Of a stretch of 64,000 nt of DNA, positions 1 through 12,245 are shown in pieces. Both the position numbers and the translations under genes were made by a program. The DNA comes from an uncultured delta proteobacterium (GTDB lineage: Bacteria; Myxococcota; Myxococcia; Myxococcales; Anaeromyxobacteraceae), in contig CAWFDF010000009.1 of assembly GCA_963814585.1 (NCBI GenBank), positions 1 to 64,000 on the forward strand. The letters run 5' to 3'. Positions within the stretch are counted from its first letter, which is position 1, and each line of letters opens with the position of its first letter. Under the pieces are notes generated by a model. That model was not told where the DNA came from. It made no database searches and worked only from the letters and a program-made list of their open reading frames with translations.

Positions 1-1
1 G

Positions 2-91
2 GTCCTCGACCGCATCGGCCTGCCCAACCAGCTGATGAAGCGCTGGACCGGGCTCGAGCCGCTCCCGCCCGACCCCACGGAGGTTCCCTGA
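2..91 (+). CDS. ubiX: 3' end of UbiX-family flavin prenyltransferase (partial)
   Basis: Hand translation VLDRIGLPNQLMKRWTG...* resembles the UbiX C-terminus; stop lies 1 nt before the mqnE start. Confidence 0.65.
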   Translation, partial: VLDRIGLPNQLMKRWTGLEPLPPDPTEVP

Positions 92-92
92 C

Positions 93-1257
93 ATGATCTC
101 CACCCTGGCTCGCCGGGCGCTCGAGCGCGACGGCCTCGGCATCGCCGACAAGGTGCTGGCCGGGCAGCGACTTCGGCGACGCCGACGCCCTGCGGCTCTT
201 CGAGGCACCGAATCTCACGGCGGTGGGGGCGCTCGCCAACCACGTGCAGGAGGCCCGCCACGGCAACCTGGCCTTCTACAACCGCAACGTCCACCTCAAC
301 CCGACCAACGTCTGCGTCGCCACCTGCAAGTTCTGCTCGTTCGCCCGCAAGGACGACCAGCAGGCCTCCGAGGGCTACACCATGTCCCTCGACGAGGCGG
401 TGGAGAAGGTGCTCTCGAAGCGCGCCCTCGGCATCACCGAGGTCCACATCGTGGCCGGGCTGCACCCCACGCTCCCCTGGGACTACTACACCGGCCTGCT
501 CCGGCGCCTCAAGGCGGCCTAGCCGGCGCTCCATCAAGGGCTTCACCGCCGTCGAGTTCCCCTACTGGGCGGAGAAGTTCGGCATGACCTACGAGACGGT
601 GCTCCGCCGGCTCATCGACGCCGGCCTCGACACGATGCCCGGCGGCGGCGCCGAGGAATCTTCGAGCCGCGGGTGCGCCGAACGATCTGCGACGACAAGG
701 CCACGCCGACGAGTGGATCGCGATCCACCGGAACGCGCACGGGATCGGCCTGCGGTCGACGCCACCATGCTCTACGGCCACGTCGAGCGGCTCGACGAGC
801 ACGTCGACCACGTGCGCCGGATGCGCGCGCTCCAGGACGAGACCCACGGGTTCCAGGTCTTCATCCCGCTGGCGTTCCACCCCACGCACACCCTGATCGC
901 CCACCTCCCCCCAGCCGAGCGGCTCGACGCCCTCCGCACCGTCGCGGTCTCGCGGCTCTTGCTCGACAACGTCGCCACGTGAAGGCCTACTGGATCACGC
1001 TCGGCGAGCGGATCGCCCAGGTCGCGCTCGGCTTCGGCGTCGACGACCTCGACGGCACCGTGGACGAGGAGAGCATCTTCCACATGGCCGGCTCGACGAT
1101 CCCGCAGGCGCTGAGCGGCGGGCGCTCTCGAGCGCTGATCCGCGACGCCGGCCGCATCCCGGTCGAGCGCGACTCCCTCTACAACGTCCTCGAGGTCCGC
1201 CGCGAGCCGCTCCCGGCGGCGCCGCCGCCCCCGCGGCGCTCCGTGGTCCCCGCCTGA
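93..1257 (+). CDS. mqnE: Aminofutalosine synthase MqnE (radical SAM), split by several indels
   Basis: [13 protein letters not shown] radical SAM motif, [49 protein letters not shown] distributed over ORFs 93, 223, 584 and 673. Confidence 0.85.
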
Positions 1258-1271
1258 GCCAGGATCCCCGC

Positions 1272-3143
1272 ATGCCGAAGCTCAAGGCCGCCGCCGTCTC
1301 CTTCCTCAACGCCTGGCCCCTCACCGGGGCTGGATCGCTCGGATCGCATCGAGCTGGTCCTGGCCGAGCCGTCCCGCTGCGCCGCCATGCTCGAGGCCGG
1401 CGAGGTCGACCTGGCGCTGGTCTCGGTGGCGGCCCTCGCCGAGGGGAGCTACGGAGATCGTCCCGGGCATCGCCATCGGCGCCGACGGCCCGGTGCAGAC
1501 GGTGCTGCTGGCCGGCGAGCAGCCGGCCGCCACCTGGGACGAGGTCTTCCTCGACACCGCCTCCCGCACCTCGCACGTGCTGGCCAAGCTCGTCCTCGAC
1601 GACATGGGGGTCCACCCCACCTTCACGCCGCTGCCGGCCGTCGAGGGGCTGGCGCGCGCCACCGGCCGCAAGGGGGCGCTGGTCATCGGCGACCGCGCCT
1701 TCGACGTCAAGAAGGGCCAGGTTCTCGACCTGGGGCGCGCGTGGAACCAGCGCACCGGCCTGCCCCTGGTCTTCGCGCTCTGGGCGGCGCACCCCGGGCG
1801 CGTCACCCCCGAGGACGTGCAGGAGCTGACCCGGGCCGCGCAGCACGGGCTCGGCTTGCGCACCGAGCTGGCCCAGCGCTTCGCCGCGAAGCGGGGCGGG
1901 GACCGGAGCGCCTCCGGCGCTACCTGACGCAGCGGATCCGCTACGGCCTCGGGCCGCACGAGCTGACCGGGCTGGAGGCCTTCCTCGACCGGGCCGAGCA
2001 GAAGGGCTTCCTGCCGCACATCCCGCTGCGCTTCGTGGACGACGTGGTGCGCACCAGGCGGGTGCGCCGCCAGGTCTCGCTCGACACCGCGCTGCAGAAG
2101 GGGGCGGCCGGCGAGCGCCTCGACGCCGACGAGGCCGAGCTGCTCGACGAGAAGGCGCCGCTGCTGGAGCTGGGGCTGGCCGCCGACGCCCGCCGCCGCG
2201 CCCTCCACCCCGACGGCGTGGTCACCTACATCGTCTCGCGCAACGTCAACTACACCAACGTCTGCACCACGGCCTGCCACTTCTGCGCCTTCTACCGGCC
2301 GCGGGGCCACGAGGAGTCCTACGTCCTCTCCCGCGAGGAGCTGACCCGCAAGATCGACGAGACGGTGGCGCTGGGAGGCATCGAGATCCTCCTCCAGGGC
2401 GGCCTGCACCCGGACCTCGGCATCGAGTGGTACGAGGAGCTCTTCCGCTGGGTGAAGTCGAAGTGGCCCATGATCAACCTGCACGCCCTCTCGCCGAGGA
2501 GATCTGGCACATCGCCCGGACCAGCGACCTGGCGCTGGAGGCGTGCATCGGCCGGCTCATCGCCTCCGGGCTCGACTCCATCCCCGGCGGCGGCGCCGAG
2601 ATCCTCGACGACGACGTGCGCCGCCGCATCGCACCGCTCAAGTGCTCGACCGACGAGTGGCTGGTGGTGATGAAGGCGGCCCACCTGCAGGGGCTGAAGA
2701 GCACCGCCACCATGATGTTCGGCGTCGGCGAGGAGCCGCGCCACCGGGTCAGCCACCTGCTGCGGCTCCGCGAGCTGCAGGACCAGACCGGGGGCTTCAC
2801 CGCCTTCATCTGCTGGCCCTTCCAGCCGGCCCACACCAGGCTGGCGCCCGGCGACGGCAGCGCCCACGCCTACCTGCGGGTCAACGCCGTCTCGCGGCTG
2901 GTGCTCGACAACGTCCCCAACCTGCAGGCCTCCTGGGTCACCATGGGGGGCGGCGTGGCCCAGGCCTCGCTCCACATGGGCTGCAACGACTTCGGCTCGG
3001 TGATGATCGAGGAGAACGTGGTCTCCGCCGCCGGCACCACCTTCCAGATGGACTCGGAGGAGGTGGAGCGGCACATCCGCGACGCCGGCTTCGAGGCGGT
3101 GCGGCGCAACATGCGCTACGACCGGCTCCCGGGCGCGGCGTGA
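1272..3143 (+). CDS. mqnA-mqnC: Chorismate dehydratase MqnA fused to cyclic dehypoxanthine futalosine synthase MqnC; split by indels
   Basis: MqnA motifs SFLNAWPL, SRTS, LVIGDRA, DLGRAW..TGLPLVFALW; MqnC motifs NYTNVCTTACHFC, LLQGGLHP, PGGGAEIL, GCNDFGSVMIEENVV; MqnA tail and MqnC start are in one frame. Confidence 0.85.
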
Positions 3144-4360
3144 CCAGGCTGGTCTCGGCGCCGTGGGTGCTCCTCGGGGCGCCGGCTCCGGGCGGCGCGG
3201 TGCCGGTGGCGCTGCGAGACGGCGCGGTGGCCCTCGAGGGCGACACGGTGGTGGCGGTCGGCCCGGCGGAGGGGCTGGCCGCCCGCTTCGGCCCGGCCGA
3301 GCGGCTCGACGCGGTGCTCCTGCCGGCGCTGGTGAACGCCCACCTGCACCTCGAGCTCTCCCACCTGGCCGGCGCGGTCCCGGGTGGCGACGGGCTACCA
3401 GCCTGGATCGGGACCGTCGTGAGGGCCCGCCTCGCCGCCGACGCCGCGCTGGCGGCGCCGGCCATGGCGCGCGCCGCGGCCCAGCTGGTCGAGGCCGGCG
3501 TGGCCGCGGTCGGCGACGTCTCCAACACCCTCGACTCGCTGGAGCCGCTGGAGGCGGCCGGGCTGGTGGGGACCGTCTTCCACGAGGTCTTCGGCGCCGC
3601 CCCCTCCCGCCTCGCCGCGGCCCGCGAGGCCGCCCGCGCCCGCCGCGCCGCGGCCCGCCCCGGCGCCGGCTGGCACGTGGTGGAGAGCCCGCACGCCGTC
3701 TACTCTACCAATCCGGCCGGCCTCCTCGACCTGCTGGCCGGGCCGCCCGCCTCGCTCCACCTCGCCGAGGATCCGGCCGAGCGCGAGTTCGTCGCCACCG
3801 GCGGCGGCCCGCTGGCGGCGCTGCGGGCCCGCCTGGGCGGGCCCCCGGGCCAGCCTGGCTGGGCCCGGTCGGCGGTGGCGCTGGCGGCCCCCTGGCTGAA
3901 GGCCGGGTGGCTGGCCGTCCACCTGGTCGACCTCGACGGCGCCAATCTGGCGGCGCTGGCCGCCTGCGGCGCCACCGCCGTCCTGTGTCCGCGCTCCAAC
4001 CTCCACATCGGCGGTGCGTTCCCGCCGCTGGCCCGCCTGCTGGCCGCGCGCATCCCGCTGGCGATCGGCACCGACTCGCTCGCCTCCTCGCCGTCGCTGG
4101 CGCCCCTGGCCGAGCTGGGCGCGCTCCACGACGCCAATCCGGCCGTCCCCGCCAGTGCGCTCCTGCCCCTCGGCTGGAACGGCGAGGCGGTCGGCGCGCC
4201 GGGGGTGGGCCGGCTCGCCCCGGGCCGCGCCCCGGGCCTGCTGGCCGCACCGCTCGACGGCGCCCGCGTCGACAATCCCTTCCTCTTCCTCGTCACCGGC
4301 CCCGAGCCGCTCGGCCGCCGCGTCGAGTGGCTGGCGCGCCACCGCCCGGAGGCCTCGTGA
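3140..4360 (+). CDS. Metal-dependent amidohydrolase, probable aminodeoxyfutalosine deaminase
   Basis: PALVNAHLHLELS, SPHAVYS, HLAE, LCPRSN, IGTDSLAS motifs; GTGA overlap with mqnC stop; pathway context. Confidence 0.75.
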   Translation: MTRLVSAPWVLLGAPAPGGAVPVALRDGAVALEGDTVVAVGPAEGLAARFGPAERLDAVLLPALVNAHLHLELSHLAGAVPGGDGLPAWIGTVVRARLAADAALAAPAMARAAAQLVEAGVAAVGDVSNTLDSLEPLEAAGLVGTVFHEVFGAAPSRLAAAREAARARRAAARPGAGWHVVESPHAVYSTNPAGLLDLLAGPPASLHLAEDPAEREFVATGGGPLAALRARLGGPPGQPGWARSAVALAAPWLKAGWLAVHLVDLDGANLAALAACGATAVLCPRSNLHIGGAFPPLARLLAARIPLAIGTDSLASSPSLAPLAELGALHDANPAVPASALLPLGWNGEAVGAPGVGRLAPGRAPGLLAAPLDGARVDNPFLFLVTGPEPLGRRVEWLARHRPEAS

Positions 4361-5217
4361 ACCTCGCCGCCCTGGCCCGCATGGTGAGGCTGTCGCACTC
4401 CCTCTTCGCGCTGCCCTTCGTGGCGGCGGCGGTGGTGCTGGTGGCGCGCGACGCCCGGCTCGACGCCGTCCGGCTCGGCCTGGTGGCCCTCTGCGTGGTG
4501 GCAGCCCGCACCGCCGCCATGGCCATGAACCGGATCGCCGACCGGCGCTTCGACGCCCTGAACCCGCGGACCGCGAGGCGCGAGCTGGTGACCGGGGAGG
4601 TCTCGCCGGCCGCGGCCTGGGCGCTGCTGCTCGGGGCCTGCGGCGCCTTCGTGCTCGGCGCCGCAATCATCTCGCCGCTCACCGGCTGGCTGGCGGCCCC
4701 GGTGCTGGCCATCCTGCTCGGCTACTCCTTCTCGAAGCGCTTCACCTGGGCCTGCCACCTCTGGCTGGGGGTGGCCCAGATGCTCGCCCCCATCGGCGTG
4801 GCCATCGCCCTCACCGGATCGGCGCCCCTCCCCTCCATCGTCCTCGGCCTCGGGGTGGGGGCGTGGATCGCCGGCTTCGACCTCTTCTGGTCGCTGCAGG
4901 ACGTCGACTTCGATCGCGGGGCCGGCCTCCACTCCATCCCGGCCCGCTTCGGCGTGGCCGGGGCGCTGGCCTGGGCAAGGGGCCTCCACCTGCTGGCGGT
5001 GGCGGCGGTGACCGCCGCCGGCCCGCTGGCCGGCCGCGGGCCGCTCTGGCTGGTGGGGAGCGCCGTGCTGGCGGCCGTCCTCCTCCTGGAGCACCGCCAC
5101 GTGGCGCCCGGCGGCGTGCTCGACCCATCCCGGCTCAACGTCGCCTTCTTCGACTACAACGCCTTCGCCTCGGTGGCCTTCGCCGCCTGCGCGCTCGGCG
5201 ACCTCTGGATGGGGTGA
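4357..5217 (+). CDS. UbiA-family polyprenyltransferase (MqnP-like)
   Basis: HSLFALPF, AMAMNRIADRRFDALNPRT, LQDVDFDR..GLHSIP; GTGA overlap with upstream stop. Confidence 0.85.
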   Translation: MNLAALARMVRLSHSLFALPFVAAAVVLVARDARLDAVRLGLVALCVVAARTAAMAMNRIADRRFDALNPRTARRELVTGEVSPAAAWALLLGACGAFVLGAAIISPLTGWLAAPVLAILLGYSFSKRFTWACHLWLGVAQMLAPIGVAIALTGSAPLPSIVLGLGVGAWIAGFDLFWSLQDVDFDRGAGLHSIPARFGVAGALAWARGLHLLAVAAVTAAGPLAGRGPLWLVGSAVLAAVLLLEHRHVAPGGVLDPSRLNVAFFDYNAFASVAFAACALGDLWMG

Positions 5218-5262
5218 GCGGCTTGCCCGGGCGAGCGGGAGGAGGGTAAACAGGCCCTGTCC

Positions 5263-6395
<1,133 letters not shown>

Positions 6396-6458
6396 TGCCC
6401 CGACCCAGGCAAGGTGCCTCCTGCGAGAGCCGATCCTCTCGGGGCGGCAGGCGGCCTC

Positions 6459-7325
6459 GTGGCTGACGAGACCTGGACGCCGCTGCGGCTGCTGGGCTGG
6501 ACGCAGGCCTTCTTCGCCGGCAAGGGCGTGGACGCCCCCCGCCTCACCGCCGAGCTGCTGCTGGCCCACGCGCTGGGCTGCGACCGGGTCCGGCTCTACC
6601 TCGACTTCGACAAGCCGCTGGGCGACCCCGAGCTGGCGCGCTACCGCGAGCTGGTGAGGCGGCGGGCCGGCGGCGAGCCGACCGCCTACCTCACCGGCGA
6701 GCGCGAGTTCTTCGGACACCGGCTTGGGGTCGATCCCCGCGTGCTCATCCCGCGCCCGGAGACCGAGCAGCTGGCCGAGCTGGCGCTCCCGGCGCTGCCC
6801 GAGGGGGGCGCGGCGCTCGACCTCGGCACCGGCTCGGGCGCGCTGGCCATCGCCCTGGCGCTGGGGAGGCCGGGCGCGGCGGTGACCGCCGTCGACGTCT
6901 CCCCGGCCGCGCTGGAGGTGGCCCGCGCCAACGCCGCCGCCCTCGGCGCCGCGGTGACCTTCCTGGCCGGCGACCTCTACGCTCCGCTGGCGGCGCCCGA
7001 CCGCTTCGACGTGATCGTCTCCAACCCGCCCTACGTCCCGGGCGGCGAGCTGGCCGGCCTGCAGCGGGAGGTGCAGCGCGAGCCGCGGCTGGCGCTCGAC
7101 GGCGGCCCGGACGGGCTCGACCTGCTGCGCCGGGTGGTGGCCGGGGCGCCGGGGCGGCTCAGGCCCGGTGGCCTGCTGGTGGTGGAGATGCACGAGTCGC
7201 ACCTCGAGGCGCTGCCGGCCCTCTGCCGGGCCGCCGGCTTCGCCAGCGCCGAGGCCCGGCGCGACCTGGCCGGCCTGCCCCGCCTCACCATGGCCCGGAT
7301 GGCGGGAGCGGCCCCGGGCGCGTAA
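6459..7325 (+). CDS. prmC: Release factor glutamine methyltransferase
   Basis: [20 protein letters not shown]; follows prfA. Confidence 0.93.
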   Translation: MADETWTPLRLLGWTQAFFAGKGVDAPRLTAELLLAHALGCDRVRLYLDFDKPLGDPELARYRELVRRRAGGEPTAYLTGEREFFGHRLGVDPRVLIPRPETEQLAELALPALPEGGAALDLGTGSGALAIALALGRPGAAVTAVDVSPAALEVARANAAALGAAVTFLAGDLYAPLAAPDRFDVIVSNPPYVPGGELAGLQREVQREPRLALDGGPDGLDLLRRVVAGAPGRLRPGGLLVVEMHESHLEALPALCRAAGFASAEARRDLAGLPRLTMARMAGAAPGA

Positions 7326-7369
7326 TATCCGCCCGCGCCGGGCCCGCCCCGGCGCCACCGAACGACACC

Positions 7370-8635
7370 ATGGACAAGATCGTCATCGAGGGGGGCGTCC
7401 CGCTCCGCGGCACCGTGCAGGTCTCCGGCGCCAAGAACGCCGCGCTCCCCATCCTCGCCTCGGCGCTGCTGGCCGACGGGGACCACCTGGTCCGCAACGT
7501 CCCGGACCTGGCCGACGTGCGGACCATGGGCCGGCTGCTCGGCCACATGGGCTGCAGCTTCGAGCGGAGCGCCGACCACCACGCCGCCTCGATCCGCGTC
7601 CCGCCCGCGGTGCGGCCCGAGGCGCCCTACGAGCTGGTGAAGACCATGCGCGCCAGCGTGGTGGTGCTGGGACCGCTGGTGGCGCGCTGGGGGCGGGCCC
7701 GGGTCTCGCTGCCCGGCGGCTGCGCCATCGGCGCGCGCCCCATCGACCTCCACCTCAAGGGGCTGGAGGCGCTGGGCGCCACCATCGAGCTCTCGCACGG
7801 CTACGTCACCGCCACCGCGCCGCGCGGACGGCTCCGCGGCGCCGTCTTCACCTTCGACGGCCAGACCGTGACCGGCACCGAGAACATCATGATGGCGGCG
7901 GCGCTGGCCGACGGGCGCAGCGTGCTGCGCAACTGCGCGCGCGAGCCGGAGGTGGTCGACCTGGCCAAGGCGCTCAACCGGATGGGGGCTCGCATCGAGG
8001 GGGCCGGCACCGACGAGCTGCGCATCGAGGGCGTCACCGCCCTGAGGCCGCTCGACCACTCCGTCATCGCCGACCGGATCGAGGCCGGCACCTTCCTGGT
8101 GGCGGGCGCGCTCCCCGGCTGCGACGTCCAGGTGCAGGGCTGCCTCCCCGACCACCTCGAGGCGCTGGTGGAGAAGCTGCGCGCCGTCGGGGCCACGGTG
8201 ACCCCGGGGCCGGGCGGCATCCGCGTGGTGGGCGACGGCCGCCCGCGGCCCGTCGACATCCGGACCGCGCCCCACCCCGGCTTCCCCACCGACATGCAGG
8301 CGCAGGTGATGGTGCCGCTCTGCCTCGCCGACGGCTCCTCCACCATCACCGAGACGGTCTTCGAGAACCGCTTCATGCACGTGCAGGAGCTGCAGCGGCT
8401 CGGCGCCGACATCGCCGTCGACGGCAAGCACGCGGTGGTGCGGGGCGTGCCCGGCCTCTCCGGCGCCCCGGTGATGGCCTCCGACCTGCGCGCCTCGGCG
8501 GCGCTGGTGCTGGCCGGCCTGGCCGCGGAGGGGACCACCGAGGTGCTGCGGGTCTATCATCTCGACCGTGGCTACGAGCGCATCGAGGCCAAGCTGGCGC
8601 CGCTGGGGGCGCGCATCCGCAGGGGGAAGGAGTGA
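7370..8635 (+). CDS. murA: UDP-N-acetylglucosamine 1-carboxyvinyltransferase
   Basis: [37 protein letters not shown]. Confidence 0.97.
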   Translation: MDKIVIEGGVPLRGTVQVSGAKNAALPILASALLADGDHLVRNVPDLADVRTMGRLLGHMGCSFERSADHHAASIRVPPAVRPEAPYELVKTMRASVVVLGPLVARWGRARVSLPGGCAIGARPIDLHLKGLEALGATIELSHGYVTATAPRGRLRGAVFTFDGQTVTGTENIMMAAALADGRSVLRNCAREPEVVDLAKALNRMGARIEGAGTDELRIEGVTALRPLDHSVIADRIEAGTFLVAGALPGCDVQVQGCLPDHLEALVEKLRAVGATVTPGPGGIRVVGDGRPRPVDIRTAPHPGFPTDMQAQVMVPLCLADGSSTITETVFENRFMHVQELQRLGADIAVDGKHAVVRGVPGLSGAPVMASDLRASAALVLAGLAAEGTTEVLRVYHLDRGYERIEAKLAPLGARIRRGKE

Positions 8636-8691
8636 CCCCCCCGGCGCGGGGCGCCTGGCGCGGCGCCGGGCGGGAGTCATCCAGGTGAACC

Positions 8692-9354
8692 ATGACGTCT
8701 GAGCTGATCACGGTGGCGGTGCCCAAGGGGCGGCTCCTCGAGGAGTCGTCGCTCCTCTTCGAGCGGGCGGTGGGCGTCTCCCCCCGGGCGCTGCTCACCG
8801 GGACCCGCAGGCTGCACGCCGACGCGCCCGCGGCCGGGCTGCGCTTCATCTCCATCCGCGCCGCCGACGTGGCCAGCTACGTGGAGCACGGCGCCGCCGC
8901 GGTGGGCGTGGCCGGCCTCGACGTGCTGCGCGAGGAGCCGCGCGACCTCTACGAGCCGCTCGACCTCGGCATCGGCCGCTGCGCGGTGATCGTGGCCTGG
9001 CCCAAGGGCATGAAGCCGCTGCCCAAGGGGGTGGCCCCGCGCATCGCCACCAAGTACACCAACCTGGCCAGCCGCCACTTCGCCTCGAAGGGGATCCCCG
9101 CCGAGATCATCCACCTGCACGGCTCCATCGAGGTGGCGCCGTCGCTGGGGCTGGCCGACGGCATCGTCGACATCACCGAGACCGGCGAGACGCTCAAGGC
9201 CAACGGCCTCGTGGTGGCCGAGGAGGTGCTGGCGGTCAGCGCCCGGCTCATCGTCAACCGGGTGGCCCTCAAGCTCCACGCCGAGCGGCTGCGGCGGCTG
9301 ATCGAGGCGCTGCGCCTCGCCGTGGCGGCGGCCGGCCTGCCCCATGGACGTTGA
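8692..9354 (+). CDS. hisG: ATP phosphoribosyltransferase, short form (HisZ-dependent type)
   Basis: [34 protein letters not shown]; 220 aa with no C-terminal regulatory domain. Confidence 0.93.
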   Translation: MTSELITVAVPKGRLLEESSLLFERAVGVSPRALLTGTRRLHADAPAAGLRFISIRAADVASYVEHGAAAVGVAGLDVLREEPRDLYEPLDLGIGRCAVIVAWPKGMKPLPKGVAPRIATKYTNLASRHFASKGIPAEIIHLHGSIEVAPSLGLADGIVDITETGETLKANGLVVAEEVLAVSARLIVNRVALKLHAERLRRLIEALRLAVAAAGLPHGR

Positions 9355-9380
9355 TCGGCGCCGCCGAGTTCGACTAAGGT
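9351..9380 (+). promoter_or_regulatory. Possible sigma70-type promoter for the zinc-ribbon gene
   Basis: TTGATC-N18-TAAGGT. Confidence 0.3.
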
Positions 9381-9474
9381 TCCCGCCATACCAGCAGCTC
9401 AGAGCTTCGCGCTTGGATCCCGTCACCACCTGACTCGCAGCGCCCCACGGTCCCGAAGGAGGACCTGACACGTC

Positions 9475-9864
9475 ATGGATTGCCCTCGGTGCAGCGTCGA
9501 ACTGACCGCCATCACGCAGGACGACAGCGCAGTCAACAGGTGCTCCGAGTGCGGTGGACTCTGGGTCGATGGGAACGACCTGACCAAGATCCTGCTGCAC
9601 GCCAACCTCCCGGCGCTCACCGCCATCGGCGGGCAGATCAACGTGGACGAGCTGGCCGGGACCTGCCCGGCCTGCAACGTGGACCTGGTGGTGGTGGAGG
9701 GCGGCGAGAAGCTCTCGCTCCACTACGACACCTGCGAGTCCTGCGGCGGCCTGTGGGTCGAGGGCGAGGACGTCGACGACGTCCCCGAGACCATCACCTT
9801 CAAGGAAGCCGGGACCGAGCTGGCCGGCTTCTTCCGCGCCTTCGCCAAGAACAAGAAGAAGTAG
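9475..9864 (+). CDS. Double zinc-ribbon (zf-TFIIB-like) protein
   Basis: CPRC..CSECGGLW and CPAC..CESCGGLW; AAGGAGG RBS upstream. Confidence 0.8.
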   Translation: MDCPRCSVELTAITQDDSAVNRCSECGGLWVDGNDLTKILLHANLPALTAIGGQINVDELAGTCPACNVDLVVVEGGEKLSLHYDTCESCGGLWVEGEDVDDVPETITFKEAGTELAGFFRAFAKNKKK

Positions 9865-9888
9865 CGCCTCGCGCCGCGGGCGCGCCCC

Positions 9889-10581
9889 TCACCACATCCG
9901 GTCGTCGCGCCACGGGTGCGCGGTGTTGCTGTAGCCGCGGATCTCCCAGTAGCCGCGCCGATCGTGGGTGAGGAACTCCAGGCGGTTGATCCACTTGGCG
10001 CCCTTCCAGGCCCAGAGCTCCGGGACCACCATCCGGACCGGCCCGCCGTGGTCGACGGCGAGCGGCCGGCCGCCGAGGGCGTGGACCAGCAGCACGTCGG
10101 GCTTGAGCGCCTCCTCGAGCGGCAGGTTGGTCGAGTAGCCGTCGGCGGCGTGGCACATGACGTGGGTGGCGTCCGGGAGCGGCCTGGCCAGCGCCGCCAG
10201 CGTCTCGAAGCGGACGCCGCGAAAGGCCATGTCGAGGATCGACCAGCCGGTGACGCAGTGGAAGTCCTGCTGGTCGTCCACCTGCGGCAGGGCCTGGAAC
10301 TGGTCCCAGCCGAACGACCGCGGCCGGGCCACCGCGCCGTCGATGGCGAGCCTCCACCGGGCCGGCTCGATGCGCGGCGTCTGCCCGATGTCGAGCACCG
10401 GCCACTCGGCCTCCTCGAAGACGTTCTGGCCGGGCGGCTCGACCGGCATGCCGTGGCGGTTGGGGCCACCGTCGCCCTGCGGCTTCGGGTCGGTGCGCGC
10501 GGGGGTGGCGGCGATCCGATCGGCCCAGCGGGCGTGGAGCTCGGCCAGTCCCTCGGCGATCTCTCTCTCCAGGTCGGTCAC
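9889..10581 (-). CDS. Molybdopterin-dependent oxidoreductase (sulfite oxidase/MsrP-like catalytic domain)
   Basis: DFHCVTGWS, GYSTNLPL, HGGPVR, AWKGAKW, GYWEIRGY; start at GTG 10581 approximate. Confidence 0.85.
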   Translation of the reverse strand: MTDLEREIAEGLAELHARWADRIAATPARTDPKPQGDGGPNRHGMPVEPPGQNVFEEAEWPVLDIGQTPRIEPARWRLAIDGAVARPRSFGWDQFQALPQVDDQQDFHCVTGWSILDMAFRGVRFETLAALARPLPDATHVMCHAADGYSTNLPLEEALKPDVLLVHALGGRPLAVDHGGPVRMVVPELWAWKGAKWINRLEFLTHDRRGYWEIRGYSNTAHPWRDDRMW

Positions 10582-10709
10582 GCGGGCGACTCTAGCGCCG
10601 ACCCGGCCGCCGCGCAGCGCCCCGTGCCGGGCAGCGCGCCGGGGAGCACGAGGCGCGGCCCGAACTCCTTGACTCGTCCCCGGTATCGAGGCAGATCTGA
10701 CGCCGCGAC

Positions 10710-10785
10710 GCGGGAATAGCTCAGTTGGTAGAGCATCAGCTTCCCAAGCTGAGGGTCGCCGGTTCGAATCCGGTTTCCCGCTCCA
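10710..10785 (+). tRNA. tRNA-Gly (anticodon CCC)
   Basis: GCGGGAA acceptor, AGCTCAGTTGGTAGAGC D-arm, TCAGC-TTCCCAA-GCTGA anticodon arm, GGTTCGAATCC, encoded CCA; 76 nt. Confidence 0.97.
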
Positions 10786-10792
10786 CTCCTGT

Positions 10793-10838
10793 CGGCCGGA
10801 ACTCCTGGGCTTTCGCGCTCCGGGTTCCGGCCGTTTCT
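10793..10838 (+). terminator. Probable intrinsic terminator after tRNA-Gly
   Basis: CGGCCGGAAC...GTTCCGGCCG inverted repeat followed by TTTCT. Confidence 0.55.
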
Positions 10839-10943
10839 CATGCCCGGCGCGCTCCGTAGCAGGGGCGTGGCACATCGGGTCACCGCGCGAGGCCGAGCGG
10901 TCGCCATCACGAGAAGACGGGGTCTGGCAGACCGCCGCTCGAA

Positions 10944-11840
10944 TCACCCCGGCGGCCCGGGCTCCGCATGCCGGCGGACCACCTCGACGAAGGCCCGCGC
11001 CGCCGGGGGCAGGTGCCGGCCCCGCTTCCAGACGAGGGCGAGATCCCAGCGCAGCTCCGGCTCGACGAGGGGCAGCACCTTCACCTGCGCCGCGTCGAGC
11101 CGCCGGCAGATGGTGCTCGGCAGCAGGGCCACCCCCATGTTGGCAGCCACCATCGCCGCCATGAAGTCCCACTGAGAGCTCTCGCTCGCCACCTTCGGGC
11201 TGAACCCCGCGTGCCGGCAGGCTTCGAGGATGTGGCCGTGCAGGGCGAAGTCCTCCCGGTAGAGCACGAACGGGACGGCCTCCAGCTCTCGGAGCGCCAC
11301 CGCGCGGCGCCGCGCGAGCGGGCTCTTCGGGTGGACCACCGCGCGGAGGACGTCGCGCATGAGCGGCACCGCCTCGAACAGGCTCCGATCGGTGGGGAGG
11401 ACGGTCGCGCCCGCCTCGACCTCGCCGTCGAGCACGAGGGCTTCGACGCGGAGCGCGCCCACCTCGCGGAGCTCGAGCACCACGCCCGGATAGGCGGCGC
11501 GGAAGTCGCCGAGCACGGGCGGGAAGAACGCTCCCCCGACCATCGGCGGGATCCCGAGCCGCAGGTGGCCGCGCCGCACCGCACCCACCTCCGCCACCTC
11601 CTCCTCGATGGAGTGGAGCGCGGAGAGGACCGCCTGGGCGCGGTCGAACACCACCCGGCCCGCGTCGGTGAGAGTCACCCGGCGCCCCAGCCGGACCAGG
11701 AGCGGCTGGCCCAGCTCCTCCTCGATCGCCTTCACCGCCTTGCTCACCGCGGATTGCGTGAGGTGCAGGGCCCCGCTCGCTCGCGAGAACCCGCCGTGTC
11801 GAACGACTTCGACGAATGCCACCAGGTTCCGGACGTCCAT
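10944..11840 (-). CDS. LysR-family regulator (CidR-like)
   Basis: N-terminal HTH FSRASGALHLTQSAVSK, ESSQWDFM motif; divergent from a cidA-like fragment. Confidence 0.9.
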   Translation of the reverse strand: MDVRNLVAFVEVVRHGGFSRASGALHLTQSAVSKAVKAIEEELGQPLLVRLGRRVTLTDAGRVVFDRAQAVLSALHSIEEEVAEVGAVRRGHLRLGIPPMVGGAFFPPVLGDFRAAYPGVVLELREVGALRVEALVLDGEVEAGATVLPTDRSLFEAVPLMRDVLRAVVHPKSPLARRRAVALRELEAVPFVLYREDFALHGHILEACRHAGFSPKVASESSQWDFMAAMVAANMGVALLPSTICRRLDAAQVKVLPLVEPELRWDLALVWKRGRHLPPAARAFVEVVRRHAEPGPPG

Positions 11841-11848
11841 GTCGTATT

Positions 11849-11862
11849 CTATTCCGGAATAG
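11849..11862. promoter_or_regulatory. Palindromic operator, probable LysR binding site
   Basis: Perfect 14 bp palindrome CTATTCCGGAATAG in the AT-rich divergent spacer. Confidence 0.55.
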
Positions 11863-11906
11863 TATCTATCGAAACAAATCGCTTCAGGCATACATGAGCA
11901 GCCGCC

Positions 11907-12128
11907 ATGCTCTCGTCCATGAAGACGCTCTCGAAGCCCGTTGGCCTGATTGCCGCTGCGGTCCTGCTCGCCCTGTTCCTCACGGGGGTCATCGCCGGGA
12001 ACGCGCTCGCCGTGCCCATCCCGGCCTCCGTGGTCGGGCTGGCCCTCGTGCTGCTCGGCCTGCGCCTCGGCGTGATGGCCGCGGCCGTCGAGCCGTCCTC
12101 GTCATCGGCGAGGCAGCCACCGCGCTGA
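11907..12128 (+). pseudogene. Truncated CidA/LrgA-family holin-like gene
   Basis: Two hydrophobic segments with VPIPASVVGLAL; similarity stops near 12085; no cidB/lrgB follows. Confidence 0.55.
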
Positions 12129-12245
12129 AGGAAGTGGGTCCGAAGCTGGCACCCGAGATTCCCTGGGCCAACGTCCGCGGGATGCGGAACAGGGTCGCCC
12201 TCGAGTACGTCGGCGTCGACGTGAAGGTCCTCTGGCAGAGCGAAC
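12090..12245 (+). pseudogene. HepT/DUF86-like ribonuclease fragment
   Basis: IGEAA...PEIPWANVRGMRNRVALEYVGVD..LW; no start codon; the His of the Rx4H motif is replaced by Leu. Confidence 0.6.
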
